DNA of 64,000 nucleotides from the human T2T-CHM13v2.0 reference genome, Homo sapiens, in assembly GCF_009914755.1 (NCBI RefSeq), contig NC_060928.1. One strand, written 5' to 3'. Under the pieces are notes generated by a model. It did no database searches. It was given only the letters and a program-made list of their open reading frames with translations, and was not told the DNA's origin. Shown here piece after piece: positions 41,935-57,709 of this stretch. The stretch's first letter is position 1. Each line of letters starts with the position of its first letter. The position numbers and the translations under genes were made by a program.

Positions 41935-42127
41935 TGGTGCTCAAATTTTAGCAGTCACAATAAGATTTCCTTGGGGATGAGGACAGGGCCTCAATGTTTA
42001 TTGAAAAAAATGCAGATTCCTTGGCAACATCTGCTAAGAGATTCTGCTTTAGTATGCTGTAGCACTTGTGACAAGCATCTCCAGAGATACCAACGCAGGG
42101 ACGGAGCATCTTTAGAGACACCCTGTC
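41935..42127. mobile_element. MER5-family MITE
   Basis: tggtgctcaaatttt...aaaatgcagattccttggc...agagattctg...tttagagacaccctg. Confidence 0.65.
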
Positions 42128-43234
42128 ATTGTTTTGACTGAGATCCCCTCTAAACCCTTGATCATGCTACACAAGGACTCTCATAAAAGTTCCTTCTTAA
42201 GGTATTCAAATTTTCTTAGCACCTTTTACAAGGCTAATTTTACAACCCACCTTATTCACAAAAGTTGCTTTGGTTCCCTCTTCATTACCAGTGTTTGCTC
42301 TCCTAACCTTTTTCATCATGATTTCATCTTTTCCCTCCCAATATATTCCCTTTCCTCTCCCCAATACATTCTTCAATCACCATGATGGGACATAATCCTA
42401 ACTCCTGCCTCTTTCTCCTAATTCAGTCTCCTTTGGAGCAGAGTTGTGTAGCAGGCATCGGTTGTTCTGATGAAGTCTTTTTAACGATGAGCACCTCACC
42501 TACTGAGGCTGAAAGATTCATTTTCCATAATAAAAGCCAACGTTGGTGTCCAGGATGAAAGGATGAAATAGTATGGTATGGAAAAAAAATCACCACTCAC
42601 AAAATAATTTTAAGTATACATAAATTTTATCTACCTATTCAGTGCCTTACTTTTCAAACATGTCATATATTTTAACAGTTATAGCTTCTTAAATGGGAAG
42701 TAATAAGTATAATTTAATTATCTAGATAAAAACAACATAACTAAACTCTATTTTATAGTAGTATGAAATTTAAACTGGATCCAAACACTTGAGTCAACGA
42801 TCAATCAGATGACTCTGGAAGAAAGGCAAAATATTTACTTGGACAAAATATTTTATAGAATATAAATAGTACTGCAAAGCACAGATAATGAAAATTGAAA
42901 TTAGTTTCATAATATTTTTCTATTGAGAGAGTGAATTAAAGTGTACTATATACTTTAATATATTCATTTAAATACGGTAATTTAATATATTTAATATTAT
43001 TTTCATAAGAATGCACACCTACATCCCCATCCTCACGTTTGTGTGTGTATACGTTGTTACTATCCATGTCATATTTTGGAGATGTGAAAAAAATATAAAG
43101 CACATAATGAAGTAACATTCACATTCATAAGCTCTAATTGCTAACCAAAATACAATTAAAACAAGGACTTATAAATTCCTGAGTGTATATTTGTCCCAGT
43201 CCCTTTTTCCTGGTCTTCCTTATTTTCCTATCCT

Positions 43235-43700
43235 CTTGCTCCAAGACTCAGCTCTTGGAACTCTTTTGTCTATATGTCCCTCCTAAGTAATCTCATGGTT
43301 TAAATACACATGTTGCACTAATGATTTCCAAATCTCCATCTCTAGCCTGGACTTTCCCGCTGGACTCCAATGAAAACAAAAGCTCTCCTGTTCACAGCTC
43401 CAGCTTAACCTGTCCCAAACTGATCCCGAGATCTGCTCCCCACTTTCAACACCCAGCTCCTTTGCACTCTTCCCCATCTTAGATTATGGCAGGTCCATTT
43501 AATATTGTCTATGACTCTTTGTCTCTTATCTTTCATCCAACTTTTCAGAAAGTCTTGCCTTTTCCTTCAAAATATACCCAGAATCCAACCACTTATTTCT
43601 ACACTTATTGCAACCACCCCAACATTTCTACCACTAGGATTATTGTAATAGCTCACAAACTGGTTTCCGTATCTCTATACTTAAACTTGTCTATTGCAAG
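43235..43700 (+). mobile_element. L2 fragment
   Basis: atgatttccaaatctccatctctagcctggac...ccttcaaaatatacccagaatccaaccactt. Confidence 0.75.
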
Positions 43701-44509
43701 ATAAATAATACTCTCAGATATTGAAGTCCTTGACTTATGGTTAGGGTTTGAAGACGGCAGGAGGCAGACAAGAAGAGAAATATAATTTATTTTCCTTAAC
43801 TCCTTGACCACAAGTGCACATTGTGGGACTTACTCTGTTACTTATCCATCCTTTCCCTTCCCACTCCATTGCTACCTCCACTCCTTAATCTGTTTGCTCA
43901 ACCAAGCTACTATTTTATGCAGTGGAGCCATTAAAAAATAGAGATGAGAGATGATTAACAGGCAAGGAGGAAAACAAGAAGGAAAAGACAGGGAAGGTGG
44001 GACATGAACAGAAGGGGATTAGGATTGGTGAGTTTAGGGAAAAATGACTTAGAGTGGTGTGTCTCTTCTCCTGTGGCAGAATTAAGTGTCCAGAGAAAAA
44101 AAAATCTAGAACTATTTCCACTTGTTTTTTTCTAGCTCAAACCCTACTTGTAAAAAAAAAAAAAAAAAATGTGGTCTCTTGAATCCAGAGGAAGGAATAT
44201 ATATGCTCTCAGTTCTGACTGAGAAGAAAATAATATGGATCACAAAAGAAAATTCACACTTTAGTGTACTTAAATATACCCTTCTGGTCTCACAGGGTTT
44301 AATAACGGGCTTCATGCCTCTCTGCTTTCCCCAATGCACCCTTTCCATTTTCTACTGGAAGTGGGGTTTGGAGAAAAGAATTAGAAAAAAACAAAACAAA
44401 ACAGTATTTTGCCTCTTTTGGATTTCACTTACATAATTAAATGAGTTATATGATCTGTACTTAAATTGATATTTACCTTTACTCCTGTTTTAAACAAATC
44501 ACAGTTTTG

Positions 44510-44826
<317 letters not shown>

Positions 44827-45427
44827 TTAGAATCAAAGAGTGTTGTGATCAAAAGTTGATTCTGCCATTTATTAGCTCTGTGAAAAATGATGCTAATAGG
44901 AAAAAAAAAACATTCATTTTTGCTGAAAATTCCCCCTCTAAGAAAATGTGTTTACTGGTTCAGAACACAGTGGCTTCTACTATTCCACTTTTTAGTTTGC
45001 AAGTTCTTACTTGTACTTTCTAAACCAATGAAACGTCTTTTTTATGTACATCCTTTATTTAGTCCTATTCTTGCTTTAATTCAAATTTTCCAGGTACTAT
45101 TATATGACCTTTAAATAAGCAAAGTCCAGTGTGCTTTATTTCCTTTCCTGGCCTATTCCCACTTATCCACGAGTTCACTTGCTTTGATTTCGTTTGCCAC
45201 CTTCCAAGGTCTAGTCAGTTCTATTTCTGCCTAGTTTGACTTCTGGTATTTTCATGTTGTCCCTATGGAGATAATACCCAAACCTGGTCTCCTGATTCCT
45301 TCCAACCTCAAAATCTTCTCAGCTTCATCCTAGACCTTATGCCCTAATATACTTGATCAAAGTACAGAGTAGGAAAGGTCCAGGAGTAAAAATCATACCC
45401 CAATACTCTGCAAATATAAAAGTTCCT

Positions 45428-45600
45428 TTGACTGCAAACAGGCATGAGAGACTTTTTTGGGGTGACAAAAATGTCCTAAAATGGGATTGTGATGATGACT
45501 GCACAACTCTGTAAACTTACTAAAAATCTTGGAATTATATACTTATAATAGTTCATTTTTATTCTAGACAAACTATACTATAATAAATTTCTTTTAGAAA
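45428..45600 (+). mobile_element. L1ME/MC 3' end fragment
   Basis: gactgcaaacaggcatgagagactttttggggtgacaaaaatgtcctaaaatgggattgtg. Confidence 0.7.
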
Positions 45601-45804
45601 AAACAAATCTTTCCAACATATGATATTATAGACTAATGATTATGATTCTGGAATAAGAATACAAAAAAAACAGAAGGTATATATACAAGCCATTTTATTT
45701 TTTTCCATGTTAAATCTGACAATACTTTAAGAGAGTGCCTAATAAAGCCAATATTTTATACTGTATTTATCCTAATAATTTAAATCTCCTCCTCTATCAC
45801 TTTA

Positions 45805-46060
45805 ATAGATAATAATCATTGGGTACATATATGCTATGGGCCTAGCATTACGTTAAATGCTAGTTTTTCAGGGATTATATTATTTAATTTTGACAACAAC
45901 CCTCTGAGGAACAAATATTAATTCAAGATGTAGAAATTGAAGCCTGAGTAGGTTAAGTAACTTGACTTGGATCACACAAACTAGCATAGATGGTAAAACC
46001 AGGTTCAAACCCGGGTTTTCATTGTTACACAGTTTGAACTCCTAATTATGTTTTACTATC
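45805..46060 (-). mobile_element. MIR SINE
   Basis: aacaaccctctgagg...agatgtagaaattgaagcctgagtaggttaagtaacttg. Confidence 0.72.
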
Positions 46061-47604
46061 TCTTGAACATAGTATCAACCCATTTTAAATTTGGAAAAAT
46101 TAAAATGCTATAACTAATATGGGAAACATTTTTAATTGAATAAGTATTGCTTATAAATATTAAAAATATAATTAAAGACGTTCTCACCTAATTAAAACAA
46201 AGTTCATTAGAGATGTATGATTCTATTTTGTAACACAAATTAAAGAATTTCAGAATTGTCTCACAGTAAATTATTTTCAACAAATATTTAATAACTACTA
46301 CTCAGTCAATGAATTAAGGAAAGCAAAAAACCAGGGGTACTCAAGGTAATCAGTGGATCATGTGTGATGATGCCAGCCCACTAAACGCTACATGAAGGGC
46401 TGGTAGTAAGAAAGAAGAAAAAGGGAAAAACTATTTTGTCTGAGTCTTCTTCCCATAAGAGCTTGCAAACCTAAGGCTTTATCTAGATGCTTGGTGTCTA
46501 TGAATATCCTGAGGACAGCTGTAGTTTCAGGGCTTGCTTACTAACCACTCTGCATTGAAGTTCCTTCCATTCCTGAGACGAAGGGAAAAGGATGGCACAT
46601 TGCATCCAACTGTTCTAGGTACTCTGAGATTGCAGAATGTTTTTGTTACCTAGTTTCCGTATTTGCTGGAAGTAGAAGTTGCAAAAAGATTTTATGAAAA
46701 CATTTCTCTTATTTTACAACTAAAAAAAAAGGAGGAAAGACAAAACAAACATTCAAAAATAAATATAACTGTATTTATCTGTGGCATTCTAACTTATTAA
46801 CCTTTCCAACACATTCACTGATATGTCTAGATTGATGTCTTCTGCATACATGTCATACTTTCTTTCAGGCACATTGTTTACATTCAGCTCTACATACCTC
46901 ATAATCCACCGAATAACTGAAATGGCTACATAATGTTCAACTTTAGCGATGCAGAATAGTTTGCTTATTCATTCATTCATTCATTCATTCAAAATGCTTA
47001 TAATATTTTACTATTATGAATGGTAATCTTTGAACAACTCCGAGAAATTTACTTCTTTTATTTTTATTGTGGCCATATTCCTAAAAAAGTGGTGTTCCTT
47101 AAGTGTATTTGAGAGGGCTGCAGATAGAAAACTGATAAGGCTGGAGCTTTAAAAATATTTTTACTGACTACTAGGCAGAACGATTTTAGGCAGATTAATA
47201 TAGTAATTGACTCTGAGTGCAAATCACCACATCAATTCACATGTTTTTTAATAGCACAAATAATTTATTTTAAAAATTATATTCTCTTAAAGACCCATAA
47301 GGAATTGACTAGACCAACTACATTTTATTTCTCTCTGGTGGATAGCAAAATCCCTTCCTAAGCTAACATTGCACACTTATTAAGAGGATGTCATGTGTTG
47401 AACATCTTTTGACTGCTTGAGGGTAAATGAGTATGGAAGAAGAACTTGAGACTAAGGACAGAAGTCTAATTTTCTAGCTCTGGTTCTGTCATTAGCTGCA
47501 TTGGTGACTCAATCGTTGGTCCTTGGTATTTTCATCAATAAAATAAGTAGGAGAATTCATGGTCTCTGGGATCCTCTCTAAGTTCTATGATTTAAAAGAT
47601 TCTT

Positions 47605-47911
<307 letters not shown>

Positions 47912-49899
47912 TTAATGTGAAAAACAGCACGGACTCAACATGATTATTTTCTTATTTCTCAAAATGTCTCTTTAATGGAGTATAAACAACTGACCTTATT
48001 AATTAAGCAATGGAAATGAATGGCTTATTTCCTGTATCCCCTTTCTCAGCTGTCTTGGCATTTACCCAGTTATAGAAACCAGAAACCTAAGAGTCCTTCA
48101 ATCCTGCCCAGGCTCCCTCAAGCCCTCAGCCAACTGGATGTAAATTCTGTTAGATATTTCCTTAAAATCTTCAACTCCCCAGGTACCTGTTTTCCCTCAT
48201 GCAACTATTATAATAGTCTAATTGTCTGCCATTCTTCTGTTCTCTCTACACTGTCACTCCAAATACTATGATCACGGCAATCTTCAGCTGAAAACCTACC
48301 AATTGCAGTATCCATAGCCTATAGGGTGAACTGCCAGGAGCTGACATAGCAAATAATTGTTTAAGATTTGGTCCTTGCTCCCTGCCCAGCCTAACGTCCT
48401 TTCATACTCTCCTACACTCTAGAAGCTGCTCTGTGTTGCTGGAGTTTATAAGCCAAGGGGCAGTGAATGGCACTATCATTCCCCAGATGTATGTGGGAGT
48501 CTTCCTTGATACCTCTGGGTTCTTACCTCCACTCCTAACACACATACAACCCCCAAGTTGCCCCTAAATACCTCTGTAATTTATCTTCTCTCCATCTGTG
48601 CTGACACTATAAGCCAATCCATCTTCCTTCTCTGATGGGGTTACCACAATAATCAATTATTAATGTAAGCCTCATCACAAGGAAGAGGACATTGAAATAA
48701 TTCAGGCAAAGTCCCCTCTAATAAAGATTTTGCAATAACAGTATTTATATCATGTAACACAGCCAAGTGTTTGATTTTTCCATGACATAAATTCCATATG
48801 TACATTTTTTTAAAGTTTGAGATGTTCTACACTTAGCTTTCAAAGCTCTGAAAAATATAGTATATTTTATTTGTAGATGACTGGCAATTTATTTATAGAT
48901 GACTTTCTTTTCTGCTGTATGCTGCCTTTGCAATGATGACTATTAAATATCTAGAACAACAGACAGCTTTAAAAATATTCTGGAAATCACTTGGAGTTTA
49001 ACAAGTTCAAAAGTTCCTCCTTGGATTCAGTGAATACTTCTGAGATAACATACTGTGTCATGGTTTAAAATGTTGTTTCAGTTTGCAGCAAAGGAGAAAC
49101 GTAACTTCTAATTTACAGAAAATAAATCCTCAAATCATATTATCTTTATATATTTAGTTTTAAAAATAAACAGAAAAAATGTATTTTTTCTGTAATTTTC
49201 ATATTAGACTTAACATTTTTACTTTTAAACCCTAATCTTCTTGTTGATTTTTTTTTCTGATATATCTCTAGGTGTACACATGTAGCCACAGCTATAGTGA
49301 AGACAAGAAAATCCAAGAGTGGTTATGTATTTTGTCATTTTCAGACTGCCTTCTTCACCAAATTTGATATCATTAAAAATTTGGGGACAGTTTAGCAAAC
49401 ACATTTTGTCATTTACAATTAAAGTCATTTCCTTTAAAATAAATATTCAATTTTTTAAAATTCTGAACTGTCACACTATATATAGTGCCTCTTGCCTAAA
49501 TATCAGATCATTCTTTGCCTCACAAGCTTTTGGACAGGTTGTTGGAAGAATGTCACAACTTGGAGGTGTTAAAGTCACTATTGCATTACTGATATTGAAT
49601 CAGGTTTTTAAGTTAGCCATCTTTATATAAATTGTCTCCCTTCTTCTTTCGGAAGACGTAAAAGTATATTTTCCCTAGCTAGTGAGGTGCAAGGAAACAC
49701 TAATGTTATACCTGCCAAATAGTTGTTTTCAAAGCCTATAAGACATTTTCCACAAGTGTCTTTTTGTTTCTGTTTCTTTTTCCTAATTCCACAAAAAGTC
49801 TCTGTGTCTGCTACCTAATTCTATCACACTGATCTCTTCTGCAGGCATAGTCATTGGTTCTTCCCTTTATTCTTATGGCAGGCAACCCTTTGATGTTAC

Positions 49900-50700
49900 T
49901 CATTCATTCCCCCATATATATATCCATTCATCAAACTCTTTTCAAGTTAGGTCCTGGGGATACTGTGGTAAACTGGACAGACATGTTTCATATTCTCAGA
50001 GCACATACAGTCTAGAGGGATTTTGTACACTGGAGACTTAAAGCAGACTTGGCTTAGACAAGGAGTCAGAAGAAGCTTCCAGGCAGAAATGATTTTAAGT
50101 TAAGATCTGTGGTGGTGAGAAAGTTCTCTTCTGGTTCACTATGGAGGGTAGAGGGGAGGGAAAGATGATGGTGTCATGGTGCAAGATGAAGCTGGAGAAG
50201 AAACCATGGCCAGAACACATGTATATATTATTGCACCTTAGATTTTCTCCTGCAAGCAAGAGGCAGCAAAGAAATTTTTAAAATTATGAAACACAAGAAT
50301 ATTTGCCTTTAAGAAATATAATTCCAACCAAGATAAGGATAACTGATTGGATGAGAGCCAGTCTGGAAGGAAGGACGGTAATTAAGAGGTTTGGTAGTAG
50401 AATATTTAAAAGACAGTGGTTCTATGTGCTAGGATTATCTTAACCCATGTTTCATTATTAAAATGCATAACTTCCAGATATATAAGAAAGTAAATTAATT
50501 TTAAGTGAAAGCAAGGGAGAAAAAGTTGTCAAGGATTTTCAGGTGCTACATTGAACAGTGGGGTGGATGGTCATACCTTTTTATTAAGGAAAATAACCCC
50601 CAAAAGAAGCAAGTTTGAGAGCCAAAGGGATGCAAAATGATTCAATATCTCAATCTTGAGGTGTATGGAAGATATGAGTAAAGTGGAGCTACCTGCTAGA
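49900..50700 (-). mobile_element. L2 relic
   Basis: cattcattc...ctggggatactgtggtaaac...aggagtcagaagaagcttcc...gtcaaggattttcagg. Confidence 0.65.
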
Positions 50701-50726
50701 TATATATTTATAAATATATATGTGTA

Positions 50727-50759
<33 letters not shown>

Positions 50760-50937
50760 CTCATCAGCCATACCTCTACTTCACACGTGAATAATATCCA
50801 AACTCAGTACTCAAGACTGAATGAGAAATTAGGCATATTATGCATATTAATACAACTTTTTGGTGGTATTACTTCTAAAATTTAACTACCTCTTAACTAA
50901 GAAATCTTAGTTTCTTAGTTAAGAAAGAAGTCCTCTT

Positions 50938-51240
<303 letters not shown>

Positions 51241-51539
51241 AAAAGAAGTCCTCTTAACTAAGTGTAGTTATACTAAATGTAGGAATTTATCTAGAAGAAA
51301 CACCTAGAAATTTGCAAAGATATATGAATAAGGATATACCTTGCAAGCGCAGGTGGTTCTAATCAAAAACTTAGAAACAATCTAAATGACCATCAATGGT
51401 GTATTGGTTAGATAATTATGTTAAATCCAATCAATAAAATCCTACTTAGTTTTCAGAAAGAATAAGATTTACATGCACTAAATTGAGAAACTGCCTAAAC
51501 ATTTTTTGTGGAAATATATCCTTTCTATATATTTACATA

Positions 51540-51760
51540 AATAATAGCTAATATCGATTAAGACTTCATCATGTGCCAGGCACAGTTATAAATGCTTAGC
51601 ATATATAAACTCATCAAATTTTGGAAACCACCCTCTGGGGTAAGCACTATTATTTCCACTTTACAGATGAGGAAACTAAGGTACAGAAAGGTGTGGTAAT
51701 CTGACTAATGTCACAAAGACAGTATGTGACAATCAGAATTCAAATCTACACTGGGAGCGG
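51540..51760 (-). mobile_element. MIR SINE
   Basis: atgtgccaggcac...ctttacagatgaggaaactaagg. Confidence 0.82.
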
Positions 51761-52835
51761 AGTCTATGAATTGTCTGAGATGAAAGTTTCTGCCTGTTCC
51801 AGAATGGAGGACAGAAAAATTAAACAGAGTTACAGAAAAGTCAAGAACATTACATTCTCAACATTTGTGTTTGTGGGCTAAGAGAATCACTGCTAAAACT
51901 TAAATAATTTGACATTACAAGACGAAATCTTGCTGCAAAATAGATTAAACTGCTCAGATTGGTTTATTTTAAAGAAGAGGACTAGAACAGGTAGGATTTC
52001 AACTATACAAGCCTCTTTATTCTTTGAATTTGTGGGCCATAAACAAATTTTGTTTTTGTATACAGCTACAATGAAAATAAAGAAGGAGGAAAAACTGCAT
52101 TACAAATTCACTTATTACAAATTCACTCAGGATCATGTGAAATTGAGCAAAAATCCTTCCATTTACTTAGTACCACATTTAGTTCAAAGCTTTGCAGGCC
52201 TCATTATTTACTTCATACAGTATGTTCAAGCCTCAGCATGACTACTTAATTAAAAGCACTTTACTCTCTCTCTATGAAGATTTGGTGTTATATACAAGGA
52301 GTTGTATATAGGAAAGTCCACATGGAGAAGAGAAACCTGGTGGGCAGTTTTGGCAGACCTAGCCCGTATTTGCCAAAATATGAACAGTTAAGAGCTGAGA
52401 GTAGCCAACAAGGAACTAACTCACAGGAGGAAAAAAAAATGTACTCCCAAGGAATCAAATTATAATCAAAAGAAAAACTTTAATTACCATCTCCTTCAAA
52501 ATGATATATTGTCAGCTACTGAACACAGTCCAAAAGAAAAAAAGGAACTGACAGGGGCTTTTATTTAAATTATTCTTATTTCTAGAGTGCCCATGTAATT
52601 TTACCATAATTTTTAAAAGAAAATTTTGTGACAGAGAATGTTCTTTCTGAAAAGAAAAAAATAAAGTATATTTTAATTGAAATATACTTTATTGAAATAT
52701 TGAAAATGAATGGGAGATAAATTTTAGCTATAGCCTACAAGACTGACATTTTTAAATTTGGAGTATTGGGAATGACTTCCAACGAAACACAAAGATGAAA
52801 GTTGTTTTATAAATGAAGAGTATTATATTCATATT

Positions 52836-52941
52836 ATGTGTATGTGTGTGTGTCTGTGTGTGTATATCTATCTATATATAAATATATATACATTTGCATA
52901 CCATATATATATACACACATACACACACACACAGACACACA
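52836..52941. repeat. Compound (TG)/(TA)/(CA) microsatellite at an AluJ tail
   Basis: Direct reading; TG arm and CA arm are roughly self-complementary. Confidence 0.85.
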
Positions 52942-53238
52942 TTTTTTTTTTGGGACAGGGCCTCCCTCTGTCACCTAGAGGCTGATGTGCACTGGGGTGA
53001 TCTTGGCTCACTGCAACCTCCACCTTGCAGGCTCAAGTGATCCTTCCACTTTAGTCTCCCAAGTTTCTGGAACTAAAGGCACATACTACCAAGCCTGACT
53101 AATTTTTGCACTTTTTTTGTAGAGACAGGGTTTTGCAATGTTGCTCAGGCTGGTCTCAAACTCCTGAGCTCAAGCCAACCACTGGCCTCGGCCTCCCAAA
53201 GTCCTGGGATTACAGGCATGAGCCATCATGCCTGGCCT
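52942..53238 (-). mobile_element. AluJ
   Basis: Diverged dimer ...caggctggtctcaaactcctgagctcaagc...gagccatcatgcctggcc. Confidence 0.9.
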
Positions 53239-53547
53239 ATATTATGTATATAACTTTAAAATTAGTCATTTTAAACAGTTTTGCCGTTTCAAATTTTTAA
53301 CAGAAAAAAATATAAGGATGTAGATTATATGTGGGAAAAAAAGACTGGAAGAGAGCACCCAGTATGCTACCAGTAATTGCTGTTAAGGAGGAATATTACA
53401 AGTATGATTTTAATCTCTGTCTTTTGATTTTTCCATTTTCCAATAAGCATATTTCTTTACAAAACTGGAAAATTATCAGTTAAATTATTTATTAAAATAT
53501 ATATCAATAAAGGATCAAAGTATTTCTACTTAAAATATATATGGCTT

Positions 53548-53932
<385 letters not shown>

Positions 53933-56056
53933 TCAGTGACTGACAAGTCAAAGGTCTAAGTGGAGTCTAGGGATCATGCTAGAAATAGAAAAAAAAAAAT
54001 CCAAGTAGGGAAAAAAAGAATTACCATCCCCAATCAAATAATATGATCACATTGCTTTCATTGAATGCTTTCAAATCACTCTCTCTCTTTCATAAAAAGA
54101 AATAAAAATTTTTATTCTTAAGAATGGAAGTGAAGGTGATTAAAACAAATATTTTTGTAACTAGTGATTAGTCTGCTCATTTGTTACTGGAGAAGGCATA
54201 GAAATGTGAATTTATGTTTTGCATCTCCCAAATTAATTAGTGGTTAATAATTCTATCAGAAAAACACATTTCAAAGGTAACAGTATAAGGTTTTGCCTCT
54301 AGTTCTCCCATTCCTGGTTTATCGGATGTCTACTATGTTATAGGTTATGGACAGCTTATTTGCCTGATATGATTTTCCCCTTTTTATGCAAAAAGTCTCC
54401 TATTTATAATAGAGAATAAGAAAATATCTACCCTTATTCCTCCTTACAGTAGTAAGAAAACTTCTCAGTCCCAGAGTTTTTGCCCTGTGACTGTGTAACC
54501 ACTGATCTTATAGGTGACAAGGCTGCTTTAGCTCTGTGTTGTTGTTTGCTGTGGTCTGTGATTCTAGTGGGCAGCCAAGGTTGGTAACCCCTGCTCTCTA
54601 TATTATTAATCTTATTGCATTATGATTATTTGTGAAACTTTTTCTCCCATTCTAGTTTTTAGCACTTTTAAGTCAGCAACTGTATCTGATTTCTATGTGA
54701 GTTCCAATGCCTGTTGTATTTGATCTATAGCATACTTATATATACAAGGTGCTCCATCTCTTATTCAAGAAAAGCACAATGTATTACAGAAACGGCGTAC
54801 AAGAAAAAAACCTAATACATTACTGTGGCCTAGTAAGGCTACAAGAGAAGCAAAAGTAAAATATTAGGGAGGAGAGCCAAATCAACTTGAAAAATCAGGA
54901 AAGCCTAATTATAAGGGTGAAATCTTCACATGGACCATGTGTAGAATTTTGAATAGGATTATGTAAATGGCTTTCACAGAAAGAAATGAAAAATAGTAGA
55001 AAATGAGGAGAACAGAATAAAAGGAAACAGAACGAGGAAAAAGGAAAAGGTATAAATACATGAAGCCCACTTAGGAAATAGTTTATATAGCGTTTTAGAA
55101 ACAACAATAGAAGAAGTGGGTGATGAGGGTAGACACTGGTGGGCAAAATCATGGATGCTTTGAATGCCCAGTGGATAAGTATGGACTCCTCAAAGTTCCT
55201 AAGCACAAGAGTAAGGTACTCAGAAACTGTGCTTTAAAAGTTCAGTCTCCCTAATTATCTTGTAATTTTAATAAATATGGTTGTATGACCTGAATTGCTT
55301 TATATAAATACTATAAGCAATGTTCTTATGCTAAACCCTTTTCATTATGTGGCCAATGTATTAATCACAAAAGAGATCACCAAGGGACATAAATTATATC
55401 TTTTCTCAGATGACAGTATTTTATTGGCTTAGCTGAGAAAAAAATAAACGAAGGTGAAATAGTACAGTGGCTGTGGTAGTTCCCAAAAAACCTGGTCTAA
55501 AAGACTTGGCTATCTGGGTTTTTTATTTGTTTGTTTGTTTATTTTTGTTTTTGTTTTTTTTTGGTGGGGGGCAATATCAAATGAAAGATGAGGCAAAGAA
55601 AAATTTCCTCACTTGTGATTTCATGTCCTGCAAAATGTCACTGTTTACTTTAACCTAAAGCCCAAATTACTCATTTCATATAGTCATTTTTACTTCTATA
55701 CATTGCTGTTGACTGACGTGCAATATTTGTTGCTGAAAAAGCCTGCAGAAAAAGTATTGGCATGGTGCGATAACTCTGTAATCATTAAGTCTCTGCTCAA
55801 GTCAGCTCTTAATTTAACGGGTAGGCTGATAGCCATGCTCACCAGTATATTGCCTCAGCAAGCTGTATTTGTCTCAACCCACTGCCCTATGGAGAATTCT
55901 TTTAAGATCCACAAAGTTGTTTTTTATTTCTTTTAAAATCTTTATTGTATTTTATCCATAAAGCAATGAAACACAAATGAAAAATTTAAAGCAATCAGTG
56001 TTTGCAAGCATTGAACATGTTTTTACTTTTATCTTAAAATTAACCCAAGATCTGTA

Positions 56057-56059
<3 letters not shown>

Positions 56060-56095
<36 letters not shown>

Positions 56096-56098
56096 GTG
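56060..56098 (+). repeat. (GT)n microsatellite
   Basis: Near-perfect GT run with one GC interruption. Confidence 0.95.
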
Positions 56099-56389
56099 TT
56101 GATATGTAACATCCCAGTGAAAAGTGAAGAAAAATGAAGGAAAATATTTATGCAAATATTTAAACCTTAAGAAATATTATTCAGAGTCTAACCACAGAAC
56201 TCAACAGTTGTCTTTAACAGAAATATGTTTCATAAAATTAGAGGGTTAGGTTCCATATTTCACATACTGATGCTTTCTATGCTCAACAGGATTCTGACTA
56301 CCCTATGGGCAGTTTTGAGTCTTCTAATTGGGTTATACACTTTAAAATTTAATTGAGGAAAAAAAATAGATTAAGTCAACTCTCAAGAC

Positions 56390-57220
56390 TGAGACACAGT
56401 TCCAGACAAGATGAAGTAAATGCAATCTATTTTACTTCCCCTGTTAATCACAATGAAACACTCTAGACAAAACATATATGTCACCTATCAAAAGACTCTA
56501 AAAGGTAGACTAAAGGAGGTATATTGGTTAGGGGCCTCAGGACTTAAGCAATGATATTACAGTGAGTTCCACGGGATTTTTCTTGCCTCCTATAATGTCC
56601 CAAACTGGGTGCCACAGAATTTCTCAATGCAGCAAAGCACCAACAAAAAACAGCACCCAGGGAAAGCCAAAGAACCTGGAACAGGGTGGCCCAGCCATAC
56701 CAACCTGTTCTGGGGGTGAATACCACAAAAATGTCATGCTCCTCCCCCACTAGAAGAATGGTACAGTAGGGAATCAGTGAGAAACACCCTTCATCCCCAC
56801 TCAGATTCCATGGGCAAAACCCTGTCTTCCACTCATACCCCCACATCAGTAGGGATGGCATCCCTTCCCCCATGGGGCCTATGGTTTGAATTAACTTCCA
56901 ACTCCCATAAAGTAAATAGGAGATGCCTCTCCCCTGCAGAGCCCATGGTTGAAACTTTGGCTTCCACTCCCCATTGCAATAATATTTGTGAGAAGGGTGT
57001 GAATATTAATGGGTAACCTGAGGGAGTTTCTTTGTGGTGATGAAACAGTTCTATATGATGTTTATAATAGTGATGGTTATTCTAATCTACCCATGCAATA
57101 TAATTTTATAAAACTATAAACCTTTCCCCACCAAAAAGCAAACAAAAATGAACAAAAAACTAGAAAAATCAGAATAAGAACTACAACTGAGTTAATATTG
57201 TACCAAAGTCAATTCCTTAA
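56390..57220 (+). mobile_element. Old L1M (MC/MD-like) 5' region abutting an L1MD-like 3' UTR piece
   Basis: ttccagacaagatgaagtaaatgc...cctcaggacttaagcaatg; then gagggagtttctttgtggtgatgaaacagttctat...gtaccaaagtcaattcct. Confidence 0.6.
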
Positions 57221-57481
57221 AAGGAAAAAAGAAAAATATATGTGTATTGGTAGTTTATATATTTGTATAATAGTAAGTCAATTATTCAATTCTAACCTCC
57301 TTTAAATGCTTTCTTCCTAAACATCTGGGCACCAAAAAACAAATTTTATATTTGATAAATGTGATAAAACGTTAAAAAATTTTCTGGTTTTGGCACTCAA
57401 ACAGGTTTTCTGATACTATTACTAAATCAACTGTGACTAAAGAATGACTATTTTTCCCTAACTTTCAAAATTTGGATTCTT

Positions 57482-57668
57482 CAACAGACACCAGGACCTA
57501 CTTAAGGGTGGAGGGTGGAGGAGGGTGAGGATTGAAAAACTACCTATTAGATACTACACTTATTACTTCGGTGGCAAAATAACCTGTACACCAAATCCCT
57601 GTAACATGCAATTCACCACGGTTAAAAAAAAAAGAAAGAAAGAAACCTGCACACATACCCTTGGAATC

Positions 57669-57707
<39 letters not shown>
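57482..57707 (+). mobile_element. L1PA15/16-like 3' end with poly(A)
   Basis: ggacctacttaagggtggagggtggaggagggtgaggattgaaaaactacctatt; TSD-like aaaa(ttt/gtg)ggattctt. Confidence 0.85.

Positions 57708-57709
<2 letters not shown>

Noticed and set aside
57676-57707. Long pure poly(A) on an old L1PA15/16 end suggesting recent insertion
   Set aside because: The element body and TSD are diverged; A-run re-expansion by slippage explains it.
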